A stretch of DNA of 64,000 nt, taken from NCBI GenBank assembly GCA_910585505.1, contig CAJUFF010000001.1, forward strand, positions 23,579 to 87,578. The letters are read 5' to 3'. Numbering within the stretch: the first letter of the stretch is position 1; each line of letters begins with the position of its first letter. The notes beneath the pieces are model-generated. The model was not told the DNA's origin. It made no database searches and was given only the letters and a program-made list of their open reading frames with translations. The position numbers and the translations under genes were made by a program. Positions 38,766 to 49,453 of the stretch are shown here, piece after piece. Origin of the DNA: an uncultured Ruminiclostridium sp. Its GTDB lineage: Bacteria; Bacillota; Clostridia; Oscillospirales; Ruminococcaceae.

Positions 38766-38969
38766 TCACTTATTCGCTTCGATTTCGCGCTGGCGGCGAA
38801 TCGTTTTGACAACTGCGATTTCCTTCTTAACCGCTTTAATCCTCATGGGATTCTCAAGACGGTTTACGGCAAGCTGAAAACGGAGGTTGAACAGTTCCTG
38901 TTTAAGCTCGGTTTCTTTTGTGTTAAGCTCCGCCTCGCTCAGCTCTCTGATTTCCTTGGTAGCCTTCAT
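38766..38969 (-). CDS. rpmC: 50S ribosomal protein L29
   Basis: [12 protein letters not shown]; start set to MKAT. Confidence 0.97.
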   Translation of the reverse strand: MKATKEIRELSEAELNTKETELKQELFNLRFQLAVNRLENPMRIKAVKKEIAVVKTIRRQREIEANK

Positions 38970-39394
38970 TACTGCTCGCCTCCTTCTTCTTTCTTCATCA
39001 CAAACTTGCATTTGATGGGCAGCTTGTGCATAGCGAGACGCATAGCCTCTCTCGCCACTTCTTCGCTTACTCCCGCAATCTCAAACATTACTCTTCCGGG
39101 CTTTACAACCGCTACCCAGTATTCGGGAGCGCCCTTACCGGAACCCATACGGGTGCCCATAGGCTTCTTTGTTACGGGCATATCGGGGAATATCTTGATC
39201 CAGACCTGACCGCCGCGCTTGATGTAACGGGTCATGGCGATACGAGCCGCCTCGATCTGGTTGCTGGTGATCCATGCGGGCTCCAAAGCCTGCAAGCCGT
39301 AGTCGCCGTAGCATACTACGTTGCCGCGTGTTGCCTTACCGGTCATGCGGCCTCTCTGCACTCTGCGGTGCTTTACTCTCTTAGGAAGCAGCAT
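38969..39394 (-). CDS. rplP: 50S ribosomal protein L16
   Basis: [17 protein letters not shown]. Confidence 0.98.
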   Translation of the reverse strand: MLLPKRVKHRRVQRGRMTGKATRGNVVCYGDYGLQALEPAWITSNQIEAARIAMTRYIKRGGQVWIKIFPDMPVTKKPMGTRMGSGKGAPEYWVAVVKPGRVMFEIAGVSEEVAREAMRLAMHKLPIKCKFVMKKEEGGEQ

Positions 39395-40191
39395 CAGTCG
39401 TTACCTCCTTCTTTTCTCTCTGCTTTGGGGGCGAAATTTCTTCTTTCGCCGCGGTTTGCGCGGTCTCCGCGGTTGGCGCGATCGCCTCTGTCGCGGTTAT
39501 CGCGGTTGTCTCTGGCTCTTCTTGCGGGCTTTTCGGTCTTCTTTTCCTTACCGATTTCGCCCTTGAGAACCTCGCCCTTGTACAGCCATACCTTAACGCC
39601 GATAATGCCGTAGGTGGTGCTGGCTCTCGCTACGCCGTAGTCGATGTCGGCGCGAAGAGTCTGAAGGGGAATTGTGCCCTCGTGATAGCTTTCGGTGCGG
39701 GCGATTTCCGCGCCGCCGAGTCTTCCGCTTACCTGAGTCTTGATACCCTTTGCGCCGCACTTCATTGTACGTCCGATACAGGTCTTCATGGCTCTTCTGA
39801 AGCTTACGCGGCCCTCAAGCTGAGAAGCGATGTTCTCGGCGATAAGCTGCGCGTTCATATCGCGGTTTTTTACCTCGATAATGTTGATGTTTACGGGCTT
39901 GCCGTTTGTCATCTTTTCAAGCTCGGTTCTGAGCTTTTCAATCTCCGCGCCCTTCTGTCCGATAACCATGCCGGGCTGTGCGCAGTGAATGTGGATCTTT
40001 ACTCTCGCGGCGTCACGCTCGATCTCGATGTCGGGAATACCGGCCTTGTAGAGCTTTTTCTTAAGATACTCACGAATCTTAAAGTCTTCAACCAATGTGT
40101 CGCCGAAGGTTGCCTTACCCGCATACCAGCGAGAATCCCAATCCTTGATAACACCCACTCTAAGACCGTGTGGATTAACCTTTTGTCCCAT
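39394..40191 (-). CDS. rpsC: 30S ribosomal protein S3
   Basis: [22 protein letters not shown]. Confidence 0.98.
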   Translation of the reverse strand: MGQKVNPHGLRVGVIKDWDSRWYAGKATFGDTLVEDFKIREYLKKKLYKAGIPDIEIERDAARVKIHIHCAQPGMVIGQKGAEIEKLRTELEKMTNGKPVNINIIEVKNRDMNAQLIAENIASQLEGRVSFRRAMKTCIGRTMKCGAKGIKTQVSGRLGGAEIARTESYHEGTIPLQTLRADIDYGVARASTTYGIIGVKVWLYKGEVLKGEIGKEKKTEKPARRARDNRDNRDRGDRANRGDRANRGERRNFAPKAERKEGGND

Positions 40192-40203
40192 TGTTATCCT
40201 CCC

Positions 40204-40539
40204 TTATTCTGCTTCCTTGACAACCAAAACGATATTGGATGTTCTTTTTAAAATGCGGTGAGCGCTTCCCTTTGCGGCGGGTCTTATTCTCTTGAGAGTA
40301 ACCCCCTCACCGCACCAGCACTCGGAAACGTAGCAGCTTCCGACGTCCATATTGTGGTTGTTCTCCGCGTTTGCCATAGCGGACTTGAGAAGCTTCATAA
40401 GCGGCTCGCTGGCTGCCTTGGGCGTCAGCTTTAACGTAGCCATAGCCACGTCGCAGGGCTTGTTTCTGATAAGATCAAGCACGATCTTCACCTTGCGGGG
40501 CGAAATACGAACGTGTTTGAGTTCTGCTCTTGCCTCCAT
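40204..40539 (-). CDS. rplV: 50S ribosomal protein L22
   Basis: RISPRKV..SAMANAENN. Confidence 0.98.
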   Translation of the reverse strand: MEARAELKHVRISPRKVKIVLDLIRNKPCDVAMATLKLTPKAASEPLMKLLKSAMANAENNHNMDVGSCYVSECWCGEGVTLKRIRPAAKGSAHRILKRTSNIVLVVKEAE

Positions 40540-40552
40540 ACGTTACTCCTCC

Positions 40553-40828
40553 TTACTTCTTAGTGGTCTTGCTGCCTACATGACCCTTAAAGGTTCTTGT
40601 GGGAGCAAATTCGCCCAGCTTATGACCTACCATATCCTCGGTAACATAAACGGGAATGTGTTTTCTGCCGTCGTGTACTGCGAATGTGTGTCCTACGAAA
40701 TCGGGGAAAATTGTGCTTGAACGGCTCCAGGTCTTAAGAACCTTCTTTTCGCCGGACTCGTTCATGGAAAGAACTCTCTTGTAAAGCGCTTCCTGCACAT
40801 AAGGTCCCTTCTTGATGCTTCTGCTCAT
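40553..40828 (-). CDS. rpsS: 30S ribosomal protein S19
   Basis: [18 protein letters not shown]. Confidence 0.98.
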   Translation of the reverse strand: MSRSIKKGPYVQEALYKRVLSMNESGEKKVLKTWSRSSTIFPDFVGHTFAVHDGRKHIPVYVTEDMVGHKLGEFAPTRTFKGHVGSKTTKK

Positions 40829-41092
40829 ATATTTGTTATCCTTTCAATTGCAAGTTAAGTACTTTGCCGCTCTGCGGCAAAGTACGCCTATTTCGCTTCT
40901 CGGTCGAACGACCGAAATTTTGCTTCGCAAAAGCGCTTCATAGGCGCGTTTGCGCCTTCAATAAACGCTGCTCCGCAAAATTTTTCAAAAACGTCTTTTT
41001 GGCTTACGCTTGTTCTTGCGCCGCTGTCAGCCGCTGACAAACGCTTATTAACAATTGCGGTATTATTGTGTTTTTTATGAACGAAGATCGGC

Positions 41093-41926
41093 TTACTTGC
41101 CGTTTCTTCTCTTTACGATAAACTTGTCGGTTCTGTTCTTTGTCTTGCGGGTCTTGTAACCCATAGCGGGCTTGCCCCAAGGAGTAACAGGGCCGGGACG
41201 TCCAACGGGAGATTTGCCTTCGCCGCCGCCGTGAGGGTGGTCGTTGGGGTTCATTACGGAACCTCTGACTGTGGGTCTTATGCCCATATGACGAGTGCGG
41301 CCGGCTTTACCGATATTTACGTTAGAGTGATCCGCGTTGGAAACAACGCCGATTGTCGCCATACAGTTATCGAGAACGTTGCGAAGCTCGCCGCTGGGAA
41401 GTCTCACCATTGCGTAACCGTTTTCCTTAGCCATGAGCTGAGCCATGTTGCCGGCGGAGCGTACAAGCTGCGCACCCTTTCCGGGGTGAAGCTCAACGTT
41501 GTGAATAACGGTACCCACGGGAATGTTTACCATGGGAAGCGCGTTGCCGGGCTTGATGTCGGCATCTGCGCCCGCTCTTACCTTGTCCCCTACCTTAAGG
41601 CCTTCGGGAGCGATAATATATCTTTTTTCGCCGTCCTCGTATTTAACGAGAGCGATAAAAGCGGTTCTGTTGGGATCGTACTCAAGGGTCATAACCTCGG
41701 CATCCATGCCCAGCTTATTTCTCTTGAAGTCGATTATTCTGTACTTTCTTCTGTTTCCGCCGCCCTTATGTCTTACGGTGATTCTGCCGTAGCTGTTGCG
41801 ACCCGAGTGCTTCTTGAGGGTTTCAAGCAGACTCTTTTCGGGAGCAACCTTTGACAAACCGCTGTAATCAATAACAGTCATGCCTCTGCGACCGGGGGTC
41901 ACGGGCTTATAGGTTTTCATAGCCAT
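41093..41926 (-). CDS. rplB: 50S ribosomal protein L2
   Basis: [19 protein letters not shown]. Confidence 0.98.
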   Translation of the reverse strand: MAMKTYKPVTPGRRGMTVIDYSGLSKVAPEKSLLETLKKHSGRNSYGRITVRHKGGGNRRKYRIIDFKRNKLGMDAEVMTLEYDPNRTAFIALVKYEDGEKRYIIAPEGLKVGDKVRAGADADIKPGNALPMVNIPVGTVIHNVELHPGKGAQLVRSAGNMAQLMAKENGYAMVRLPSGELRNVLDNCMATIGVVSNADHSNVNIGKAGRTRHMGIRPTVRGSVMNPNDHPHGGGEGKSPVGRPGPVTPWGKPAMGYKTRKTKNRTDKFIVKRRNGK

Positions 41927-41944
41927 TGTAATTCAACTCCTTAC

Positions 41945-42244
41945 TTAAATCATGCCGTCGAAGAACTCGATGGTTTTGGAATCGGGGGTTATTGTAACGA
42001 TAGCCTTTTTCCACGCGGTGGTATAGCCTTCGTTTCTTCCCATTCTCTTCTTTCTTCCGCGGACGTTCATTGTGTTGACCTTTTCAACCTTTACGTCCTT
42101 GAAAAGCTGCTCGACCGCTTTCTTGATCTCGATCTTATTGGCGGTCTTGGCTACCTTGAAGGTATACTTTCTGTCAGCAAGCGCATCCATGGAAGCTTCG
42201 GTGATAATGGGACGGATAATGATGTCCTGTACAGTTTTTTCCAT
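41945..42244 (-). CDS. rplW: 50S ribosomal protein L23
   Basis: [22 protein letters not shown]. Confidence 0.98.
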   Translation of the reverse strand: MEKTVQDIIIRPIITEASMDALADRKYTFKVAKTANKIEIKKAVEQLFKDVKVEKVNTMNVRGRKKRMGRNEGYTTAWKKAIVTITPDSKTIEFFDGMI

Positions 42245-42867
42245 TACGCATATACCTCCTCGATTTTTGCCACGGCGTCCTTTACCACAACAAATTTGCT
42301 GTAATTAAGGATATCGTATACGTTAAGAGTGTTTACCTGTGTCGTCTTAACGCCGGGAATGTTGGCGGCGCTCTTGATTACCTGCTGATCAACGGTGTCA
42401 AGTACGATAAGAGCCTTGCCGTCCACATTAAGCGCCTTGAGCATATTCACAATGGATTTTGTCTTGAATCCGTCGGTCTTTATGCTGTCAACAACAACCA
42501 TTTCGTTTTCCTGTACCTTAGAGGACAGAGCGGAAAGGAGAGCGAGTCTCTTTACCTTTTTATTAAGCGTGTAAGTGTAGCTTCTGGGCTTGGGGCCGAG
42601 AGCGATACCGCCGTGACGCCACTGGGGGCTTCTGGTGGAACCCTGTCTCGCGTGACCGGTGCCCTTCTGTCTCCAGGGCTTTCTTCCGCCGCCGCTTACC
42701 TCTGTTCTGGTAAGAGTGGACTGTGTGCCCTGACGCTGATTCGCCAGATAGTTTACAACCGCCTGGTGCATAGCGTACTCGCTGGGCTCGATGCCGAATA
42801 CCGCGTCGTTAAGCTCAAGCTCGGAGACTGCGTTGCCGTTCATATCGTAAACCGATACCTTTGCCAT
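42244..42867 (-). CDS. rplD: 50S ribosomal protein L4
   Basis: [15 protein letters not shown]; start set to MAKV. Confidence 0.98.
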   Translation of the reverse strand: MAKVSVYDMNGNAVSELELNDAVFGIEPSEYAMHQAVVNYLANQRQGTQSTLTRTEVSGGGRKPWRQKGTGHARQGSTRSPQWRHGGIALGPKPRSYTYTLNKKVKRLALLSALSSKVQENEMVVVDSIKTDGFKTKSIVNMLKALNVDGKALIVLDTVDQQVIKSAANIPGVKTTQVNTLNVYDILNYSKFVVVKDAVAKIEEVYA

Positions 42868-42883
42868 TATAAATCCTCCTCCC

Positions 42884-43516
42884 TTAAGCCTTAACCGCGT
42901 CGGTGATGCAGACAAGTCCGCCCTTGGGACCGGGAACCGCACCCTTGATCGCGATAAGATTGTTTTCCGCGTCAACCTTTACCACTACCAGATTCTGGAC
43001 GGTAACGGTTTCAGCGCCCATATGTCCTGCCATTCCCTTGCCCTTGAAAATTCTCGAAGGGCTGGAGCAGGCGCCCATGGAGCCCGCCTGTCTTGCAACG
43101 GGGCCGGAACCGTGGGTCTCTTTGAGTCTGTGCTGATTGTGACGTTTGATGGCGCCCTGGAAGCCCTTGCCCTTGCTGGTGCCCTTAACGTCGATAACGT
43201 CGCCTGCGGCGAAAGTATCGGCCTTAAGAATGTCTCCCACGTTTACGGCGCTTGTGTCGTTAAGTCTGAATTCCTTTAAGAATCTTTTAAACGGAACGTC
43301 GTTTTTCTTAAAATGTCCCTGTTCGGGCTTGTTTACACCCTTAGGGGAGATATCGCCGAAGCCGAGCTGAACCGCGTCGTAGCCGTCGTTCTCGGTTGTT
43401 TTCTTCTGAACGACGACGCAGGGGCCCGCTTCAACGACCGTTACGGGAACGACCTTGCCGTTCTCGTCGAAAATCTGGGTCATGCCGATTTTCTTAGCGA
43501 TTAAACCTTTTGTCAT
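42884..43516 (-). CDS. rplC: 50S ribosomal protein L3
   Basis: [21 protein letters not shown]. Confidence 0.98.
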   Translation of the reverse strand: MTKGLIAKKIGMTQIFDENGKVVPVTVVEAGPCVVVQKKTTENDGYDAVQLGFGDISPKGVNKPEQGHFKKNDVPFKRFLKEFRLNDTSAVNVGDILKADTFAAGDVIDVKGTSKGKGFQGAIKRHNQHRLKETHGSGPVARQAGSMGACSSPSRIFKGKGMAGHMGAETVTVQNLVVVKVDAENNLIAIKGAVPGPKGGLVCITDAVKA

Positions 43517-43694
43517 TTGTTGACCTTTCCTTCCATGGTTATTGGTTGCTTAAAGCAACTTGACCAAGTGCAGCGTATCTGCCCCGGTCAGAGGTAAGCG
43601 GCTTTCCGATTCCCGAACGTTTGAACACAGTTCAAAAAAGTCCGGGATATGCCGTTTACTTAACACATTACTTGAAATTTCGTAAGGTCCTTTT

Positions 43695-44006
43695 TTAGAT
43701 GTCCATTGAAATTTCAACGCCTGCGGGAAGCTCAAGACTCTGGAGAGCTTCAATGGTCTTATTGGTGGGTCTGATGACGTCAATAAGGCGCTTGTGAGTT
43801 CTCTGCTCGAACTGTTCACGGCTGTCCTTGTACTTGTGTACGGCGCGGAGAATGGTAACTACTTCCTTATCGGTGGGAAGGGGAACGGGTCCCGCTACTC
43901 TCGAACCGGTGCGCTTTGCGGTCTCTACTATCTTAGCCGCGGCCGAATCAACGACGGTGTGGTCATAGCCTTTTACCTTAACTCTTACTTTTTCCTTAAC
44001 TGCCAC
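43695..44006 (-). CDS. rpsJ: 30S ribosomal protein S10
   Basis: [18 protein letters not shown]. Confidence 0.98.
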   Translation of the reverse strand: MAVKEKVRVKVKGYDHTVVDSAAAKIVETAKRTGSRVAGPVPLPTDKEVVTILRAVHKYKDSREQFEQRTHKRLIDVIRPTNKTIEALQSLELPAGVEISMDI

Positions 44007-44239
44007 TTTCGTAAACTCCTTTCTGAAATAGTATGTTATGAAAGCATCTGCATAAATGCAGTACAGAGCATGTTTTCCGTTTACACGGTGCCGAGTGTTT
44101 CACCATAATCCGTAAAACGCGTTCGGGCAATTTCATATCGGGGGGTATCCGCCTCTGACGAACCCTTCCCCGTATCCCGAACGAAACGCTTATTTATATT
44201 AAGTACAAAACTCTGCGGCACATAACACGCTCTTTCCGC

Positions 44240-44310
44240 CCGATTTAAAACCGGACATACTCCGCCGAAATTCCCGATTTTTCAACCGCAACCTTCGGCA
44301 TCAACGCATT
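44240..44310 (-). promoter_or_regulatory. Firmicutes-type rpsJ (S10 operon) leader RNA motif
   Basis: Minus strand GATGCCGAAGGTTGC...GGGAATTTCGGCGGAGTATGTCC resembles the conserved Firmicutes rpsJ leader as recalled; lies between promoter and rpsJ. Confidence 0.6.
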
Positions 44311-44364
44311 GTTAAGCAGTTGCCGCACATACGCGGACAAGAAGTCCGCAGTCGTGCAGTAGTT

Positions 44365-44393
44365 ATTATACTACAAGTCGGGGCATATTACAA
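44365..44393 (-). promoter_or_regulatory. Sigma-A promoter of the S10 operon
   Basis: TTGTAA-17 nt-TATAAT on the minus strand. Confidence 0.7.
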
Positions 44394-44506
44394 GGAAAAA
44401 CGAGGAATTTTTTTAAAAATATGCGTAGAAATTTTTGGATTTTAAATGAGCTGTTTTGTTTATTTTTTACAAAATTATAAAAAATATGTTTTTTTTAAAA
44501 AAAACA

Positions 44507-44540
44507 TGTAACAAAAAGGTAAAGTTGTTATTTTACATTA
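44507..44540 (+). promoter_or_regulatory. Candidate ECF-sigma promoter, copy 1
   Basis: TGTAACAAAA-N11-TTATTTTACAT. Confidence 0.55.
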
Positions 44541-44680
44541 TAGATAAAGAGATAACCCCTAAAATAAATTTTGATAAGAAAGAGGCTGATTCCAATTTGG
44601 AATATGGATTGAAGTTAATATAAATGTCCGAATTGGTAATATAACCGGCTCATAATCATTTTGTGTGCGAGGAAAATAAT

Positions 44681-45268
44681 ATGAATAAAACCAAAAGAAC
44701 AGCTCTTATAGTTATATCCGTTCTGTTGATATCAGCGCTGCTTGTACTGTCAGCTTTCGCGGGAATATACCTTTATTCCGAAGCGGTAATTTTTAACCAC
44801 CGGGATTCCTCTGAGGTACATTCCGCCATACCGCCGGTGGAAGGCTTTTCGGTAAAATACCCCTTTTTCGCGAATCCAATGGCATTAAGCGGCAGCGGCG
44901 GCAGATCCTACACCTTAACCCTGCTGAACGGCGGTGAAAAAAACATCGAGGTATATGAGGCTGTAAACGCGCCCGTATACATATGGGTTGACTATCTGTA
45001 CAACAGATACCGCGGCCGCGTTAATCTGGATTATAGCCTTGAACTGGACGGCAAAACAATAACCGTAAGTATGATCGGGAACGTTTACGAGGGTGAAAAC
45101 AGTATCCCGGTTGAACAAAAATTTGTTTTTGATATTGAAAATGCCGATTCGGATCAACTTCCCAAGTGGATAAACGAAGAGGAAACGGATGAGGAGTACA
45201 GGGAATTTTTTGGGTTTGTGACTAATCCGACGGTAAATCCTATGCCGGATTGGTACGGGGAAATGTGA
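44681..45268 (+). CDS. Hypothetical membrane-anchored or secreted protein
   Basis: N-terminal hydrophobic segment; open ORF of ~195 aa. Confidence 0.7.
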   Translation: MNKTKRTALIVISVLLISALLVLSAFAGIYLYSEAVIFNHRDSSEVHSAIPPVEGFSVKYPFFANPMALSGSGGRSYTLTLLNGGEKNIEVYEAVNAPVYIWVDYLYNRYRGRVNLDYSLELDGKTITVSMIGNVYEGENSIPVEQKFVFDIENADSDQLPKWINEEETDEEYREFFGFVTNPTVNPMPDWYGEM

Positions 45269-45339
45269 TTTTTTACAGAGGAGGGGACGCTATGCAATAG
45301 AAAGCGTCCCCTTGAAATTATCCAATAAAAATATGTTGT

Positions 45340-45573
45340 GCCGGACTGCATCAATTGCATGTAGCGTAAATTATGTTACCGAGACGTCAGGAAAACGCAT
45401 TCGGATTCAAAATTGTTTTAAATACGGGCAACATAATATTTATCCGCCAATTGGCCGCTACAATCGTAATAAACGAAAAAGGTTACCCATGCGATGACGA
45501 AAGTCTGCGGCAAATGAAAGATATTTACTATGAAATCAGCAACAGATTTTTGGAAAAAGCTTGGCAGCAATAG
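45340..45573 (+). pseudogene. Frameshifted remnant of a paralog of lipoprotein 49873-50511
   Basis: FKIVLNTGNIIFI..IVINEKGYPCDDESLRQMKDIYYEISNRFLEK aligns with YQITLKTGEQIFI..LVINMEHGYLCDKESSDRIRNFYNESIKRFEEK. Confidence 0.7.
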
Positions 45574-45839
45574 TCGTTGATTTCTTCTCGCCTATACTTT
45601 AAAAAACAGAGTTTGTTTGAATGTGAAATCAACAAACCGGTGATGTTATTTTTGTATAATTTTACTGAATATCAAAAAATATTAAAATTTTTTAAAAAAA
45701 TGGGTAACAAAAAGCGAATTATAGGATTTTACATATAGAAGATTAAAACAAAAATCTTCTTTTAATCGAAATTAAATAAAAGAGGGTGATTCCAATGTGC
45801 ATATCTCATTAAAGCCGATAAAAGTATTGGCTTCATAAC
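45548..45839 (+). repeat. ~290-bp direct repeat, copy 1 (contains candidate ECF promoter copy 2 at 45703)
   Basis: Collinear and highly similar to 46628-46924. Confidence 0.9.
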
Positions 45840-45875
45840 AGAATACGTAATAATTTTTTGGAAAGGAAAAATATT

Positions 45876-46568
45876 ATGAAAAATTTAAAATCAATTGCAG
45901 CTTTTATAGCATGGATCTTAATTTTTTCATTATGTGGCTGTTCACAAATTAAAGCAGAAGGCAGTAAACAAAACGATTCACATTTTTCCGAAGAAGCCGA
46001 AAGCTCCTCCGCAATCACGGAAATCTGCGCTTTCAATGATAAATTAACGATCTTTTCCACATGGGAAGAAGCGGGTAAATTCCTTAATATGGATTTTTCC
46101 ATTTGTGCCGAGGATACTCGAAAGGTTCATTTAGTTGATTATATTTCGGATAACTATAATATCATTCAGACTCATTTTGACGAAGATGAATTCTTTCCGG
46201 CTACCGCGCCTTCCGAATCTAACGAATATGTTAAGCCAACTTTGTCAACAATAACCGCTTATCTGGCAAAAGAGGGCGAAGCATCAGAAGAAGAACTGCA
46301 CGGATTTGTGGACGACTTCTCAAGCTTTTCCATTCCCCTCACAAACGACATAGAATTTCAAGAGTTAAGAACCGAAATTATTCCGGTTGGTAACACCGAA
46401 GCAAGTTTCAAATTTTATGTTTCAAATTCATCTGATCTTTTAAATGTTGAAGCTATATACAAAGGATGTTTATTTCATATGGATTACGAAAACATATCCG
46501 AAGAGGATATAGATAAAAATATTGACGATATATATAACAGCCTAAGTAATTATATCCAAAACAATTAA
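45876..46568 (+). CDS. Putative lipoprotein
   Basis: MKNLK..LIFSLCGC lipobox; GAAAGGA RBS. Confidence 0.75.
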   Translation: MKNLKSIAAFIAWILIFSLCGCSQIKAEGSKQNDSHFSEEAESSSAITEICAFNDKLTIFSTWEEAGKFLNMDFSICAEDTRKVHLVDYISDNYNIIQTHFDEDEFFPATAPSESNEYVKPTLSTITAYLAKEGEASEEELHGFVDDFSSFSIPLTNDIEFQELRTEIIPVGNTEASFKFYVSNSSDLLNVEAIYKGCLFHMDYENISEEDIDKNIDDIYNSLSNYIQNN

Positions 46569-46627
46569 AAAATCTGTTTGTAAAATCTTTAATAGGCGCC
46601 GTATTTTGTTACGGCAGCCTATTACGT

Positions 46628-46924
46628 TTTTTGGGAAAAGGCTTTGCGGTAATAGTCGTTGATTTCTTTTCGCCTGTACTTTAAAAAAAATAGTTTGTTT
46701 GAAAGTGAAATCAACAAATTGGTGATGTTATTTTTGTATAATTTTACCGAATATAAAAAAATATTAAAATTTTTTTATTAAAAGATATGTAACAAAAAGC
46801 GAATTATAGGATTTTATATATAGAAGATTAAAACAAAAATCTTCTTTTTATCAAGATTAAATAAAAGAGGGTGATTCCAATGTGGTATACGCATTAAAGC
46901 CGATAAAAGTATCGGCTTAATAAC
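46628..46924 (+). repeat. ~290-bp direct repeat, copy 2 (contains candidate ECF promoter copy 3 at 46788)
   Basis: Collinear and highly similar to 45548-45839. Confidence 0.9.
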
Positions 46925-47181
46925 CACTATTCCTGCGATCTTCTTCCTCGTCTTTCGACAGCCGTTCGGCGCATAAAATCTTCAAGAGTTACTTGGTGGA
47001 GCAATAACAACAATAAAATGTAACGAAAGCATAGAATTGCACCTCAAAATCAAGAAGTATATCAAATAGATATCCACTTTTGATTTTTTGGTGTTTTCGA
47101 CTTTGTCAAGTGGTATTTTTAGTAAATTTATGCTTGATTTTTTGTGCATTATTTCGTGCGCTTAAGTTGTGGATAGTGGTT
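46922..47181. mobile_element. Possible internally deleted IS remnant
   Basis: AACCACTAT...ATAGTGGTT 9-bp IR; starts where the direct repeat ends; minus strand has TTGACA and GAGGTG-ATG with only a short ORF. Confidence 0.35.
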
Positions 47182-47325
47182 TTACAACAACAGGGTTGGC
47201 ATTCATACAGCGGAATTTTCCTTTTCAGCCAATTGTAAAATCAAGTTTATGATCGCCCGCTCAAACGGTTGAAAGGGTACAAAACCCTTCAAAAAATAAA
47301 AACATATTTTAGGAAGATTTCAAAA

Positions 47326-48150
47326 ATGACAAAACAAAAAAGAATCTTATCACTGGCTGCTGCCGTAATTATGACAAGCACAAGCTTAACGGCGACCGGA
47401 GTTTACGCGTCCGACGTATCGCACGAACACGACTGCGGTATCGACAGCTATGCACAGGAGCTGATGGCAAGCGGTGAAATCAAGGATTATACGCAAGCTC
47501 CCTACTACTATGCTTTGGAAGAATGGTTTGACTTTTACGGCTATACGCTTGAGGAACGCGAAAGGTTTATGGAAGATACCGAAACTTTGAACTGGATGCT
47601 TTACAACGGCGATTACTGGAATGACGGGAATCTCAACTTCTTATCGTTAGATGATATAGGAAGCGGAATTGAGAAGAGCAGTTCTCCCACATACCCCGTA
47701 AGCGGTCATGAAGCCGGAACGTATTTTTCCAAAAGTCACACACCTTGCACACATCATGGTCCCAGCTGTTCGTATACCGGAGGCTGCGATTGCATATCTG
47801 TAAACAATTCGATACAGTGTCTCGGTTTTGCTAATTTTGTCCGCTGGGCATGTACAGGCAGCTACCTTAACAGTGCTACTCAAATCTTGGGTTTGAGCAG
47901 CAATTGGTCTGCAAATAGTATAAAAAACTATTTTCAGAACAATTTAAATGTCGGATCTCATGTCAGACTTCGTGTAAGCGGCAAAAGCTATGATCATTCC
48001 ATTACAATAGTTAGTATGGATAATAATGGCGTTAGTGTTTATGACTGCAACATGGACGGTCAATGCGGAGTACAGATCCACACCTTGACATGGAACAATA
48101 TTTATCAAAATTATGATTATATTCGCTATTCAAATGTTTACGCAGGGTAA
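47326..48150 (+). CDS. Secreted protein with CHAP/NlpC-like Cys-His domain (putative peptidoglycan hydrolase)
   Basis: Signal peptide ending VYA; QCLGFANFV...HSITIV..VYDCN pattern. Confidence 0.65.
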   Translation: MTKQKRILSLAAAVIMTSTSLTATGVYASDVSHEHDCGIDSYAQELMASGEIKDYTQAPYYYALEEWFDFYGYTLEERERFMEDTETLNWMLYNGDYWNDGNLNFLSLDDIGSGIEKSSSPTYPVSGHEAGTYFSKSHTPCTHHGPSCSYTGGCDCISVNNSIQCLGFANFVRWACTGSYLNSATQILGLSSNWSANSIKNYFQNNLNVGSHVRLRVSGKSYDHSITIVSMDNNGVSVYDCNMDGQCGVQIHTLTWNNIYQNYDYIRYSNVYAG

Positions 48151-48196
48151 ATATAAGCCGAGCTTTAAAATTATGATAGAAAGAAGTTATTAACAT

Positions 48197-49324
48197 ATGA
48201 ATAAACGCAGATCCAATGTTTTAATTCTTTTCCTTTGCGGGCTGGCGATTATATCAACCGCCTGTACAGAGGAAAACGAGATTTTTGATGCCGCTGAAAA
48301 TACATCTCAAACGTTTTTGACAAGCATATCCGAGGAAAACAATTCAAACAGTCCGTCAGACACACGATTTACTTTTGTAAACGGCAGTCTGCCCTCCGAC
48401 GGTGATACAGCCGAATATCAACATAATACGAATAGCTCTGCGGGCGTATACGGCATTGAAACAAACGTTTGCTTTTATGTTCCTTTTGGAGCTTCGGCGG
48501 AGCAAAGGCTCGAGGGAGACAGCGGCGAATGGGTAAAAATCAAGGAAGGCTCAACCGTAGGTGATTTTACCGTAACGGAAGCAAAATCATTCTACGGATA
48601 TGACGGCTCCTTAGAAGAAAAATACGGTGAAAAGCTTATCAGTGTGTTTCAGCAAAAGATTTCTTTAAAAGGCAAGGCTTCATTCACCGCGGAGGCAAGT
48701 ATAGACACAAACCTTAACGGCACCCCGTCGGGAAAGATAGAATGTATACTTGACGATGAGAGCTCAAAAAAGCTTTTCAGCTTTGCGCCCTCATTCAAAT
48801 ATTTTGATTTGAACGACGAATATGCAAGATGTAAGGATTTTTCCGATGAAAAACTCACTTTTTATTTGTCGGAAAGTGTAGAGGGTTTTCAAGAGGTTTA
48901 TAAAAAGCTTCAAGAGGAAGAAAACGCAAACATTAAATTTGAAGCCGATGATTTTGTCCTTAATTATATGTGTCATACGGTTTTGGACGGCGGCGGCTAT
49001 CATTACGGAGCGGTCAATAACGGAACAGTTGTCTTGATTGCTTCCGAAAACGCTTCACAAAACAGCATAATCTCGCAGTTTGAGACCCCGTGGGGTGGTA
49101 CGCCGGATTTATCCAAAGCGCAGGTAACGGGAAAAAACGATACTGAGCTGGCGCTTTCCGAGCTTACCGAGGACAACTGGAACTATGTGAGCGCCGATTG
49201 GGTTTATCTTGCCGAGCCTAAGGGGATTTCCTACAACAGTATCGACAGCGCGGATATTTTCGACGAAGCGAAAAAGAGCTTTAAAGACGCGCCACAAAGC
49301 GTAAATCACCAATACAAAGAATAG
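48197..49324 (+). CDS. Putative lipoprotein (possibly chimeric)
   Basis: IISTAC lipobox; motifs shared with 50751-51665. Confidence 0.7.
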   Translation: MNKRRSNVLILFLCGLAIISTACTEENEIFDAAENTSQTFLTSISEENNSNSPSDTRFTFVNGSLPSDGDTAEYQHNTNSSAGVYGIETNVCFYVPFGASAEQRLEGDSGEWVKIKEGSTVGDFTVTEAKSFYGYDGSLEEKYGEKLISVFQQKISLKGKASFTAEASIDTNLNGTPSGKIECILDDESSKKLFSFAPSFKYFDLNDEYARCKDFSDEKLTFYLSESVEGFQEVYKKLQEEENANIKFEADDFVLNYMCHTVLDGGGYHYGAVNNGTVVLIASENASQNSIISQFETPWGGTPDLSKAQVTGKNDTELALSELTEDNWNYVSADWVYLAEPKGISYNSIDSADIFDEAKKSFKDAPQSVNHQYKE

Positions 49325-49453
49325 AGGAATTGGCAATTGCCAATTGAAAATTACGGTATCGCTTCGCGGCAATCAAAATGTCTCTGCAAGCTTATGGGTT
49401 TGTGGAGACATTATAGAAGACGTAATAATTTTTTTGTAAAGGAAAAGTATAAT

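Noticed and set aside
39440..39515. RDN/RGDRAN tandem repeats in the S3 C-terminus
   Set aside because: Low-complexity tails on S3 are common
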